Source: a virus (lineage: Duplodnaviria > Caudoviricetes). From it: a DNA stretch of 36,357 nt. The notes under the pieces are model-generated. The model saw only the letters and a program-made list of their open reading frames with translations, made no database searches and was not told the DNA's origin. The position numbers and the translations under genes are program-made. The DNA lies in the IMG/VR virus record IMGVR_UViG_3300038988_000262, positions 1 through 36,357 of that record, one strand, 5' to 3'. Of this stretch, positions 8,047-18,200 are shown in pieces; positions within the stretch are counted from its first letter, which is position 1; every line of letters starts with the position of its first letter.

Positions 8047-8760
8047 TTAAAAGGGAACGTCATCGAAATCAATATTTTCGTCTATGCTTTTATCTGATTT
8101 ATAGTTGTTTGATTCGTCGAATAGTTTTAGTTTATCAAACTCTTCTAATTCTTCTGCTCCGGGAGCTGGAGTTTTATATGTATTCTTATTAGCGTCGACA
8201 GTAGAACCGCCAGCTACTTTCATCGCTCTGTTTTCTTCTTGTACTCTAGCATTTTCGATCATGTAGGCCCAAGAAAAATGAGGCATAGTGTTTATAATCC
8301 AGTAAGCTTCTTCTTCTGTTAAACCGAACGAAACTGAAGAATTTTTAAGAGATGAATATAAAGATGCTATAATAGTAAAACTAAACCCATAAGGTGACTT
8401 CGCGTCTTTATTTTTGTTTTCTACTCTTTTTAGCGTAAAAACAGATTTCTTCTTTTCTGGCGGATCACCAACTTCAAAAAAATGTTCTATCGAATATCCT
8501 TCTTGAGGTGTTTGTTTTTGTGGATTTAAAAGTTGTTCTACGAAACGTTTAATTCTTAATATTTCGCCAAGACCAAAAACCATTGTTAGCTTTTTTTCAT
8601 AATCAAATTTTTTCTCAATGGGATTTCCAGCGGGATCTTTCGCTTGTGGCACTATTTCAATTTTAAATTTAGTCGCGTCTCTAAAAGTACCTAATTCGAA
8701 TCTCATTGCTGACGTTTTGTGATAAAAAATTTCACTTACTATAGTTTTATTCGTAGCCAT
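8047..8760 (-). CDS. Putative single-stranded DNA-binding protein
   Basis: Acidic C-terminus IDFDDVPF like the bacterial SSB tail (DDIPF). Adjacent to the helicase. AAGGAG SD. Confidence 0.55.
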   Translation of the reverse strand: MATNKTIVSEIFYHKTSAMRFELGTFRDATKFKIEIVPQAKDPAGNPIEKKFDYEKKLTMVFGLGEILRIKRFVEQLLNPQKQTPQEGYSIEHFFEVGDPPEKKKSVFTLKRVENKNKDAKSPYGFSFTIIASLYSSLKNSSVSFGLTEEEAYWIINTMPHFSWAYMIENARVQEENRAMKVAGGSTVDANKNTYKTPAPGAEELEEFDKLKLFDESNNYKSDKSIDENIDFDDVPF

Positions 8761-8907
8761 TATTTTTTCTCCTTATAGACGTTGTCAACGTTGTTTTTAT
8801 CTTTATTATATAATATCATATTTAATTTAGAATTGCATATAGACGCTTTAATTAAAAACCCATTAACGTATATCGCATTATCGGGCATATTTATTTTATT
8901 TTCTTTA

Positions 8908-9738
8908 TTATTTATCAACATCTTTTTCATTTATCAACTCAAATTCAATATGATCTTTACTTTTTTTGACATAGAAAACTTTATCTCGCATTTTGTTCAA
9001 ATAATTTTTTGCCAGTTTATTTTTTATCGATTTATAGCATCTATTACGTGAGGCATCGCTATTTTTTCTATCTTTAGTTAATAAATAGCTAAAATTAGAT
9101 AATTCTATATCTATTGTTAATTGTTTTTCTTCTAATTTTTCTATTTTAACGATAGGTATCAAATATATTTCTTGAGCGTTATTTTTATCATAAACTAAAA
9201 TTCTTAAAATTTTGTTATCGCAATTTTTAACTAATATCATTGATGTTAAAGCTTCACACATCGCTGTTTGTATTTCTTCTTTAGAACAATTTAGTGTAAT
9301 AAAGTTTTCGTTTAATTTAGTATGATGATGTAAACTATAATTTTTAAATTCCTCTACAGACTCAAAATTTATCACTCTTAAATCGTTTATTTTAATATCT
9401 TTTATTTTTTTAAAGCAAATGTTATCGTTTTCGTATATTAAAAGTTCTGTATTTTCGGGAAATGTCGATTCATAACCCAATTCATCTGTTATTTTGTATA
9501 TTGTTTCTTCGTTTTTGATTTGAATATATTTTATATATTTAGGTGTATGATTAGCGCTTAATAAAGCTTCAGAAGCTAAGCAACAATTTATTTTTTCTTT
9601 TTTATTGAATCGTATTATTTGATGATCCCACAGATATTTATTGAGAAATTTGAATAATTCTACTATATGATATCTTGGTCCCCCCCATCTATTAGCGTAA
9701 GGAGAAATTGTATGTAATAAACTATCAATTATTATCAT
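8908..9738 (-). CDS. Hypothetical protein with a degenerate Hint/intein-like domain
   Basis: CLASEA (block A-like), IYKITDELGYESTFPENTELL (block B-like, lacking TxxH), FKKIKDIKIND, IVKIEKLEEKQLTIDIEL (block F-like). No terminal HN. Confidence 0.5.
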   Translation of the reverse strand: MIIIDSLLHTISPYANRWGGPRYHIVELFKFLNKYLWDHQIIRFNKKEKINCCLASEALLSANHTPKYIKYIQIKNEETIYKITDELGYESTFPENTELLIYENDNICFKKIKDIKINDLRVINFESVEEFKNYSLHHHTKLNENFITLNCSKEEIQTAMCEALTSMILVKNCDNKILRILVYDKNNAQEIYLIPIVKIEKLEEKQLTIDIELSNFSYLLTKDRKNSDASRNRCYKSIKNKLAKNYLNKMRDKVFYVKKSKDHIEFELINEKDVDK

Positions 9739-9766
9739 TTGAAAATTGCTCTTAATTAAACAGTCA

Positions 9767-9801
9767 GTTTACTATGGACGATATCGTTAACTATAGTAAA
9801 C
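9767..9801. other. Intergenic hairpin
   Basis: GTTTACTATGG/CTATAGTAAAC 11-bp stem. Flanking AATTGCT (9744-9750) and AGCAATT (9805-9811) can also pair. Confidence 0.45.
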
Positions 9802-9815
9802 GAAAGCAATTGCGA

Positions 9816-10097
9816 TTACCATTTAGGTTTAGCATCTTTAACGACTTTTCCGTTTATTACTGGTCTAGGACCGCCCGCTTTATTTGAATATTTCTTTTTT
9901 GCGATACTTATAGAGCTGTTTGTCATATTTATTTCGCCTTCGAAATTTATTTGCTGATCTTTTTTTGTTAATAGCGCAGAACAATTATTATTGGCGCAAT
10001 GACAGTTTTCGCCAGAAAAATTATCATATTCTTTAAAACTCATCGTAACAATTTTTATCGTTTTACAAACGGGACATTTAAATTGATACGTCGGCAT
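9816..10097 (-). CDS. FmdB-family zinc-ribbon protein
   Basis: MPTYQFKCPVC N-terminus plus a second Cys cluster (CHC...C). Confidence 0.75.
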   Translation of the reverse strand: MPTYQFKCPVCKTIKIVTMSFKEYDNFSGENCHCANNNCSALLTKKDQQINFEGEINMTNSSISIAKKKYSNKAGGPRPVINGKVVKDAKPKW

Positions 10098-12267
10098 TGA
10101 AATTCTCCATATCTTTCATATTTTTCCCTACTAAATATTTATATTTATATATTGGTAAAATAATATCTTTTTTATTTTTTAAAACTTTTTCTGAGAAAAG
10201 TCGAGTTCCTTCTATTATCTCATTTGGTACTTCTTCGAATACTTTTAATTTTTCAATAGCTTCTTTTATTTTTTCTTTAGGCACGCTAAAAACAGCTGCG
10301 TCTACGTTTAGCCAAACAAGTTTTACATCTATATCTTTGGTATCGCATATATATCTAAAACAATTGAAATTCATTATATCAGTAGTCGCAGATTGAAAAG
10401 CAAAATTATGAGCACTTAAAAATTTTGAGTTAAAAAATTCGTCTGATAATTCTTCATCTGAAAATCTTCTTTTTCTAAATGAAACGCTAAACACGTATTT
10501 GTTTTCTTTAAGAAAATTTCTTAATTCGTTCTTATATAAAAGCATGTTAGGGAACTTATTATAAAAGATTTTTTTATAGTATTTTACATCATCTAAACTT
10601 ACTCCAGTTTCTTTAGCAATAGTTTTTTCTCCAGCTAAATTTAACATGCTTAATATAAATTGTTTAGCAATATTTCTATCATTATCTTTATAAGAAGAAA
10701 ATATTTGTTTGGCAAAATTTATATAAAAATCACCAGTATTATTTAGTTCTACTATAAGATTTTCGTCTTGACATGTAAGCGCAGCTGATCTAAGGTCAGC
10801 AGATTCTAAATCAATATATAATAATAAGCGATCTTTATCAGCTACGAAATACTTGGCGATATTAGAACCTATTTTAATAGAATTTAGATATGGTTTGCCA
10901 TATAATAATCTTCCAGTAGTCGTTGACGTTATAAACATATCAGTATGACATTTGTTGTCAGTCGAATTTTTACATCTATCTATAGTATTTTTTACTATGT
11001 TATCTAATTCCCAACCAGAAAACGATATAGAATTTTCTATCATTTTTTCGTAATCGACTGTTAATCCATTCCATTCAGCTTCTAATTTAACCGCCATTAT
11101 TTTATTTGCTAAATGTTTTTTGTGTTCCCGTAATAACTCGTCTTTGTCTATTTCATTTAGAAAGATTTTAGTGATTTCAAATTCTCCTGCAGCGTCTTCA
11201 GCAGCATATTTCATACTATTATTAGACGCTTCCATTATTTGTTCTACAGAATAATTTTTCCAATTACTTATATAATCTAGATATTTCTCTATATACGAAT
11301 ATTGAGGAAAATTCAAATAATCTCTAACAGCAGCTTTTAGATTATATCCTTCTAATTTTCTGTTTTCTGTTAATATATGCAACATATGCATACCATCGAT
11401 TATATTGTTTGCTTTAACAAAATCATTATAACTTCTGTTATATTTGTTACAAATAGAAAATATATCGAATTCGCATTTCCACGCATAAAATGTTTTATTT
11501 TTTTCAAAAATATATTTTTCTACTAAATCATTTATTTCGTTTAATTGTTTGCTGTTAAAACAACCTACTAAGCCTGGTAATCCTAAATTAATAGCATGAC
11601 CTATATTATTTTCATAACTAAACGACATTATTTTTATATCGTGAATATCTTTATTCCAGATTTTTAATCCTGTTGTTTCGACATCTATAGCTACATGATG
11701 CCAATCTGGCAAATCTAACATATTATATAGAAATGCTTTTATTTCATCGTAATTAAAATATAGTTTGACGTTAGGAACCAAACCGTTTTCTATTAAACTT
11801 AAAGGCCATTTTTTTCTATCTTCTTTTTCGTTTTCAAAAAAGTATTCCGAAATAGAACGATTAAAATTTTTAGTGTTCTTTTCTAATGAAGTTAATAAAG
11901 ATTTTAAAGAAATAATCGTATCTGGTTTGGTTATCGTAAAATCAATAGGCGGCATAAAAGCTATAAAGTAATGTTTGTTTCTATTTCTGACAAAATACGA
12001 AAATTTATGAATTTCTCTTTTATTGTTTCCTGTTAAAGCGTCGAATTCGTTTATATCTGTCAATAAATATTTATATAAATTACTACCAAAAATTATTAAA
12101 CAATCGTCATTATTAATTTTGAAATTTCTCATCGCGTCTGTTCTTTTAGCGATTTTGAGTTCGATTTCCAAATTTGAATTTTTTGTTTTAAGCGATTTAA
12201 AAATTTCGACTAATTTATTTAGATTAGATTGTTTGTTCGGTTTTTCTATTATAACTATTAATTTCAT
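10078..12267 (-). CDS. polA: Family A DNA polymerase-like protein (degenerate UDG-like N-domain, 3'-5' exonuclease, divergent polymerase domain)
   Basis: ExoI AIDVETTGL, ExoIII YAAEDA, TTTGRL, motif A YIDLESADLR, motif B RNIAK, AFQSATTDI, motif C variant LNVDAAV. Confidence 0.8.
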   Translation of the reverse strand: MKLIVIIEKPNKQSNLNKLVEIFKSLKTKNSNLEIELKIAKRTDAMRNFKINNDDCLIIFGSNLYKYLLTDINEFDALTGNNKREIHKFSYFVRNRNKHYFIAFMPPIDFTITKPDTIISLKSLLTSLEKNTKNFNRSISEYFFENEKEDRKKWPLSLIENGLVPNVKLYFNYDEIKAFLYNMLDLPDWHHVAIDVETTGLKIWNKDIHDIKIMSFSYENNIGHAINLGLPGLVGCFNSKQLNEINDLVEKYIFEKNKTFYAWKCEFDIFSICNKYNRSYNDFVKANNIIDGMHMLHILTENRKLEGYNLKAAVRDYLNFPQYSYIEKYLDYISNWKNYSVEQIMEASNNSMKYAAEDAAGEFEITKIFLNEIDKDELLREHKKHLANKIMAVKLEAEWNGLTVDYEKMIENSISFSGWELDNIVKNTIDRCKNSTDNKCHTDMFITSTTTGRLLYGKPYLNSIKIGSNIAKYFVADKDRLLLYIDLESADLRSAALTCQDENLIVELNNTGDFYINFAKQIFSSYKDNDRNIAKQFILSMLNLAGEKTIAKETGVSLDDVKYYKKIFYNKFPNMLLYKNELRNFLKENKYVFSVSFRKRRFSDEELSDEFFNSKFLSAHNFAFQSATTDIMNFNCFRYICDTKDIDVKLVWLNVDAAVFSVPKEKIKEAIEKLKVFEEVPNEIIEGTRLFSEKVLKNKKDIILPIYKYKYLVGKNMKDMENFNADVSI

Positions 12268-13325
12268 TATATAAAGTACTCTTTTATAAATTTTTCTGGA
12301 TCAATTATATGTAAGCTTTCTATGTCTATATTATAATAAAAATTTTGTATAGGTAATATTTTTTTTATTCCAAACAATTCTTTAGATGTTTTTGGTTCTA
12401 TTATTTTTTTGACTATATTTTTAATACCCGAAATATCAAATGGAAGTATAACTACATCTGAACTTCTTATATGAGACGTTATATACATATCTATCGAATC
12501 TGAATTTTCTTGTTTTCTAAAATTTATTCCCATAGAAATAACACAAGATCCTTGAGGATTAACTATACTAAATCGTCTGCATGTAAGGTAATCACTTTTA
12601 AGAAAAACTAATTCTTTTTTTATAACATATTCAAGATTTTTAAGCATTGCGTCGTAAAAATATTTGTCGTTTTCTATGTCCATTTTATATCTAGAATTAT
12701 CTTCTTTTAAAGAATAATCATACATACGATCGATTAACGTTTGAAGATCTTCATCGCAAAATTGCTTTAGATCGAGGTGTTGTATTCTTATGTTTTTGAT
12801 TTCCTTTGTGTCTTTGACATTATCTCCAAATGCTAGCGTTAAGTGAATTAAATTTTCTATTTTTTTGCCTATTGAGTAATTTTTATATATGTTTTTTATG
12901 AAATTTTTAGATATAGCAATTGTTTGAGAAAAATTATTTTTAGATGTATCTATGTTTTTCACGCATGGAAGATTAGACAAATACGTATTATATATTTTGT
13001 TATATTCTTTATGTATTTCTAATATTTTTTCTAAAGAGTAATTTTCGTCGTTTCTAGTAAAAAATCTTTTTTTGATACTTTCGACATCTTCGCATTGTAA
13101 AAATAACATAGCGTTATTAGTTAAGAAATCCATCAAATCTTTTTTCCAAATTTCATTTAATTCTTTTTTTATTTTGTTTTCGACATTATATGCCATTCTG
13201 GTCATGATACTTCTGTCGGAAACAAAAATTTCTTTAGTAATAGGCTCTTCTTTTAGTAACGTTTTTTGCAATGTTGTTTTACCAGTCAAATCACCACCTT
13301 CAATAACAACGTTAGGAAGATACAT
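12267..13325 (-). CDS. Fusion of dNMP (thymidylate-type) kinase and thymidylate synthase-fold domain
   Basis: N-terminal IEGGDLTGKTT P-loop and DRS. C-terminal TKEIKN, CRR, GSCV, IRSSDV, LPFDI, SLHII. Confidence 0.7.
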   Translation of the reverse strand: MYLPNVVIEGGDLTGKTTLQKTLLKEEPITKEIFVSDRSIMTRMAYNVENKIKKELNEIWKKDLMDFLTNNAMLFLQCEDVESIKKRFFTRNDENYSLEKILEIHKEYNKIYNTYLSNLPCVKNIDTSKNNFSQTIAISKNFIKNIYKNYSIGKKIENLIHLTLAFGDNVKDTKEIKNIRIQHLDLKQFCDEDLQTLIDRMYDYSLKEDNSRYKMDIENDKYFYDAMLKNLEYVIKKELVFLKSDYLTCRRFSIVNPQGSCVISMGINFRKQENSDSIDMYITSHIRSSDVVILPFDISGIKNIVKKIIEPKTSKELFGIKKILPIQNFYYNIDIESLHIIDPEKFIKEYFI

Positions 13326-14409
13326 TATTTTCTCCTGTTATAGATTTAATATATTTTAAATTTTTAACGTTGTAAAAATTGTTTTGACGTATTATACAGC
13401 CCGCATATATATTATTATATATCTTTTTTTCGTCTATTTCTATTGGTTTCTCTTCTTTATGACGCCAATAATATACTCTATTTATCATTGAAATGCCGTC
13501 CGAAATCGAAAATATGTAATAAAGTTTTCCTGTTTTTGTTTTTCTTTTTTCTACTTTATTAATTCTAAATATCGAATTTATGTTATTTCCATTTTCCATA
13601 TCAATAGCATTTTCAAGAGGCGCTATTACTGATTCTCCAAATTGATTTTTGATTTTTCTTATTAATTTTGTGAAAAAATCAATTTCAGTAAAACTTATAT
13701 TTGTATATTCTATTTCATTTTCGATAATTTCTTTAGTATCCCAACAAACTGGATCTTCTTTATATTTTCGAGTGCTGATAAAATAATTATATAATTCAGA
13801 TCTTGTTTTGTTTTGACTTATAGAATCTAATGCGCCTGATTTTATAAGAGCTAATATAATTCTTTTATTTTTAAGAATTTTGTTTTCAGATTTCACAAAA
13901 TCATCTATATCTTTAAATGGTCTGTTTTTGATAATTTCTTCTGCTGCGTCTTTTGTTATTCCCTTTACAAAAATTAGTCCAAATCTTATATTGTCGTTTT
14001 CTATTTCGAATTCTATTCCAGATTTATTGACATCAACGGGCAAAACTTCTACTTTTTTAATTCTTTCAAATTTATTTTGCTCTCCCTTTTTTTCTCTATA
14101 TATAGGACACGTTTGTATATAACTGATGTATTTTGCTATTGTTGACGTACCATATTTGTCTTCTTTGGATCTACCGGTACAATTTAATAAAGACGTATAG
14201 AATTCTAAACCATAATGAGCTTTAAGCCAAAATTCTCTAAATGAAGTCACTGTATACGCATCAGCATGACTATTCGATACTACAACATCATTGGCAATAA
14301 AATCGTGTTCTTTAGAATCAATTTCTAGATCATATGTTTCTTCTTCGCCAAAATATTCACAGCTTATAATTTCGTCTTCTATTAAGCAGTTTTTAATAAT
14401 ATTGTTCAT
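13312..14409 (-). CDS. dnaE: DNA polymerase III alpha, C-terminal fragment with N-terminal C-intein
   Basis: C-intein ...TYDLEI...HDFIANDVVVSN, then extein SHADAY, LKAHY, PVDVNKS, IRFGL..VKGI, ALIKSGALD, OB fold KTKTGK. Confidence 0.92.
   Translation of the reverse strand: MNNIIKNCLIEDEIISCEYFGEEETYDLEIDSKEHDFIANDVVVSNSHADAYTVTSFREFWLKAHYGLEFYTSLLNCTGRSKEDKYGTSTIAKYISYIQTCPIYREKKGEQNKFERIKKVEVLPVDVNKSGIEFEIENDNIRFGLIFVKGITKDAAEEIIKNRPFKDIDDFVKSENKILKNKRIILALIKSGALDSISQNKTRSELYNYFISTRKYKEDPVCWDTKEIIENEIEYTNISFTEIDFFTKLIRKIKNQFGESVIAPLENAIDMENGNNINSIFRINKVEKRKTKTGKLYYIFSISDGISMINRVYYWRHKEEKPIEIDEKKIYNNIYAGCIIRQNNFYNVKNLKYIKSITGENNVSS
14272..14409 (-). mobile_element. Split intein C-fragment (DnaE), 46 aa, acidic
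   Basis: Blocks F/G ending SN with +1 Ser. Confidence 0.88.
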
Positions 14410-15217
14410 ATTCTTGCCCTATTAAAATGCAATTAGATGTTGATATTTTACATTTTTCTATTGCTGCTATAAATTGTTGCTTATATTCGTGTTTTATATC
14501 GTCTGTTTTGTAATCATAAGTGCTCATTGAGAGTCTGATTATGTTTTTCTTAAGATTATTTACAACTATACTGTTCAGTTCTTGATCTTCTTTTATTTTA
14601 GAAGCACTTTTTCCGATTGATTCGAAATGGCGTATACCGTCAAATTCTATAACAGTTTTAATGCTATAAACATAAAAGTCGCATAATCTTCGCTTAGATT
14701 TATTTGAAATGTGCTTGTTTTTGATCGTGTATGTTTGCTTATACGCTACGCTTAGTTCATCTAAGATTTTTTTAATAGCTTGTTCTGGCTTAGTATTCGA
14801 TGATTTGCTTGATTTCTTTATCATAGCTCTAGTACATTTATCGAAAAACGCTGTTCTGTTATTGTCTCTCCAATTTTTAAGTTGAACTGCTCTAGCAGCT
14901 TGTATTTCTGGCCGGGCTGAAGTTTTTTTTGCTGTTTCTGATGATAATTTGCGCATAAAATCCGATTTATTTAGTTTTATCATATTTTGTCGACGTACTT
15001 CTCTTGCCGATAACGGATTCATTTTTTCATACATCTCTTTATTGTATTCTTGATCTATAGATCTTCTAGTGTAGATTGCTATCAAACTTAACAGTCTTCC
15101 GTTTCGTCTGTGAAGCTTTGTTTTCTTTTCTTTATCAGTTTCTAATTCTATCAGTTTTTTTGTCTCTAAAACTTTTTGCTGTAAAGACTCAATTGTTTTG
15201 GCAAAATTTGTCAGCAT
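14393..15217 (-). CDS. Free-standing putative homing endonuclease, Vsr/DUF559-like
   Basis: TKPEQAIKKIL, CDFY, VIEFDGIRHF, KEDQ. Basic NUMOD-like N-terminal region. Lies between the two DnaE halves. Confidence 0.8.
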   Translation of the reverse strand: MLTNFAKTIESLQQKVLETKKLIELETDKEKKTKLHRRNGRLLSLIAIYTRRSIDQEYNKEMYEKMNPLSAREVRRQNMIKLNKSDFMRKLSSETAKKTSARPEIQAARAVQLKNWRDNNRTAFFDKCTRAMIKKSSKSSNTKPEQAIKKILDELSVAYKQTYTIKNKHISNKSKRRLCDFYVYSIKTVIEFDGIRHFESIGKSASKIKEDQELNSIVVNNLKKNIIRLSMSTYDYKTDDIKHEYKQQFIAAIEKCKISTSNCILIGQEYEQYY

Positions 15218-15270
15218 ATTTATAGTCCTTTAGTTTGTTTTATAAATAAATTAACTAAAGTACATTAATT

Positions 15271-18200
15271 TTAATCCATATTAGGCAAAATTTTTATCAG
15301 ATCTTTATTTCGTAAGATTTCACGAAGAGATTTCATTTTGCCAGAAGACGTCATAATTTTATGATCTAATGTGCAGATAAGCTCTTTACCCAATTTAGTT
15401 TTGATTTTATAAAGCTGTTTTTTTCCATTTTTATACACGCGCTTAACAATTTGGGCTCCTGTCGACGATAATACTATCTCGCCAGCTTTTACATTCTTAA
15501 TATATTTTCTATAAATCAATCCGTTCTTGCCCTTTTTATAAACAATAGAATCGTGGTACAAACATTTGTTGAACCCGTATCTAGCAAAGGCTGAAATTTC
15601 GTTCCAAAGTTTTTCAGCTATATCTTCTGGCATGACTAAAGATGCGTTTTGAACGAATTTATCTTTCCAGCTGGCAACTCTTTTTAATCTTGCACTTTCA
15701 TATTTCTTAGATCGTTCATATTTTACCAAATCCTTTCTAGCTTTGTTTACTTCTATGGCATTAAATTTACCTATTTCTTTAAAAATACGCATAAAATCTT
15801 CTTGATATAAAATGATTCCATACGTCGACTTTAGCAAATCAGCGTAACTTTCATGGATTTCGTTTCGCCAATCGCCTTTTCTTTTACGCTCTGCAAATTG
15901 TTTATGCATTCCCATATCTAAAGGTCCTGGTCTTATAACTGCATTTATCGCTGACAAATCACTAAAACTATTAGGTTGTATATCAATTGTTGTTTTAGTA
16001 GCTAGATTAGATTCAAATTGAAATACTCCTAATGTATCGCCCTTCCTCGCAATAGCATATGCTTCAGGCGATTCGAGATCGATATCATCCCAATCAATGG
16101 TAATATTATAACGCTCGCGAATAAGGCGCACAGTATCATTAACAACTGACAAATTATTAAGACCAAGAATATCAAACTTAACAAAACCCTGCCCAGTAAG
16201 TTCGTGATAATCGCCTCCTTCTGTATTAGCAGTTACTATATGTTCTTTAGATCTAATAAGAGGTATCCAATCATACAGCGTAACTGAAGATACTACAACA
16301 CCTGCAGCATGTCTGCCAATAGCTTTTATTGAATTTCTTAAACGTTTAAATAATTTGTCGACATCTGGGTATTTATTTAGAAAATCTCTTACAGCGCTGA
16401 AATTATTTATTATATATTCATATGAAAGATTATCAATAGTATCTTTTTTTCCATCGACATACACGAAATAAGGAATAGCGTTAGTAACTTTATTGACTTC
16501 GGAAAAATCAATATTATATATTCTTGCTGCGTCTTTTATAGACGATTTTACTTTTGCTACATGGTAATTTCCAATAGTTGCTACTTTATCTTCGCCGTAT
16601 TTTTCAACTAAGTATTTTTTTACTTCGTCTCTAATTTCTGGCGCAAAATCTATATCGACGTCAGGCAAGTCTTTTCTTCCTTCGTCTAAAAATCTTTCAA
16701 ACAAAAGATCGTGTTTTATAGGATCAACATTTGTGATATTTAACAAATAATTCACTAAACTTCCAGCTGAAGATCCTCTACCGTCGCCTACGCTATATTT
16801 TCCGAATTTATTTTTTGTCCAATTTATTAAATCTTCTAAAATTAAAAAATATTCCGAAAAGTTCATTTTTACGATTGTATCATATTCTAATTTGCATCTT
16901 TTTTTGTATTCGTCTAATCTTGTTTTGTCTATTTTTCTAGTTTTTAATCCAAAAGCTATTTTTTTCTTTAACACTTCTGCGCTATTTTCATAAAGTTTTG
17001 GAATTTTGATACTCGTATCTATTTCAAAATTTTCTATTTTAGTAAATACTTCGTATGTATTTTTTAAACATGTTGTTAAAACTTCTAAATATTCTTCTTC
17101 ATTATCATAATCGTTTCCAAACCATCTTTTATTTTTCCAATCATCTAATATGTGTTCGTATGTTTTTAAGTAAAGATCTTTAACAGTAAATTCCCAAAGT
17201 TTTTCGTTTTCATTTTCTAATATTTCTTCTTCTAAAATTTCATTTTCGTTTGAGTCTTCATCTTCTTCTTTATAAGATTTTTTTGTTTGAAGAAGTAATA
17301 TTGCTTCATGAACTTTTTGATCTTCTGGATATAAATAATGTGAATCAGTAGTTATAATAGTTTTAACATTAGTTTTTTTAGCTAAATTCCATAGATCTTT
17401 ATTCAAATTCCATTGAACGTTGTAGTTCATTGACATTAATTCAATATAAAAATCACTTCCAAATTCTTTCTTATATTTCTCTATATATTCTATTGCTTTA
17501 TCATATTCTTTTTGCGCTATATATTTATTCAATTCTCCGCCAGCACAAGCCGTTGATACTATTATTCCTTCTTTATTTTCTGATAAAAGTTTAAAATCTA
17601 TTAGCGGAAATTTATAAAAAGACTCTATATATGATTTAGAAGTAATTTTAAATATATTTTTTAGTCCAATATAGTTTTTTGCTAAAAGTAAAATATGATG
17701 TCTAGTTCCACCAAATTCTTTTCTCTTTTCGACTGCGTCTTCTTCTTTGCTATTTATCCATGGAATTAATTTTTCTCTATCATCAATTATATAAGCTTCA
17801 ACACCAAAAATCGGTTTTATTCTTGCTTTTTTGCAAGATTCGTATTGTTTAAAAAAGACAGAAATATTGCCATGATTAGTTAAAGAAACAGCTGGCGATT
17901 TGTGCTTTAAAGCCCATAAAACATGTTCATCGACAGTTCCTATTCCATCTCTAATAGAGAATTCGTTATGAACGTGAAGGTTAACAAATGTTTTTAGATT
18001 TATTTCGTCTATTATTTTTTTAAATTCTAAAAAATTATTTTCTGCTCCTTCACCGTTTTTTCTTGCGTAATAAGAAGGATGATACGCTTTAGCTATAATA
18101 TAATCGCCATTTTTTATAACATTAGTATTTCCACGAAAATCTATTCCAAAAAAATTAGAAACAGTTTCTCCAAGACATATAATTAATTCTGGATCAACTA

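Noticed and set aside
9744-9811. Additional ACAGCAA-type RNA unit at the 9.77-kb hairpin
   Set aside because: Only AGCAATT matches, and it lies in a stem rather than 3' of a 7-bp closing helix.
14393-15270. Group I intron interrupting dnaE (likewise nrdJ)
   Set aside because: The non-coding gaps are only about 55 bp, too short for a ribozyme core, and complete intein N and C blocks explain the break.
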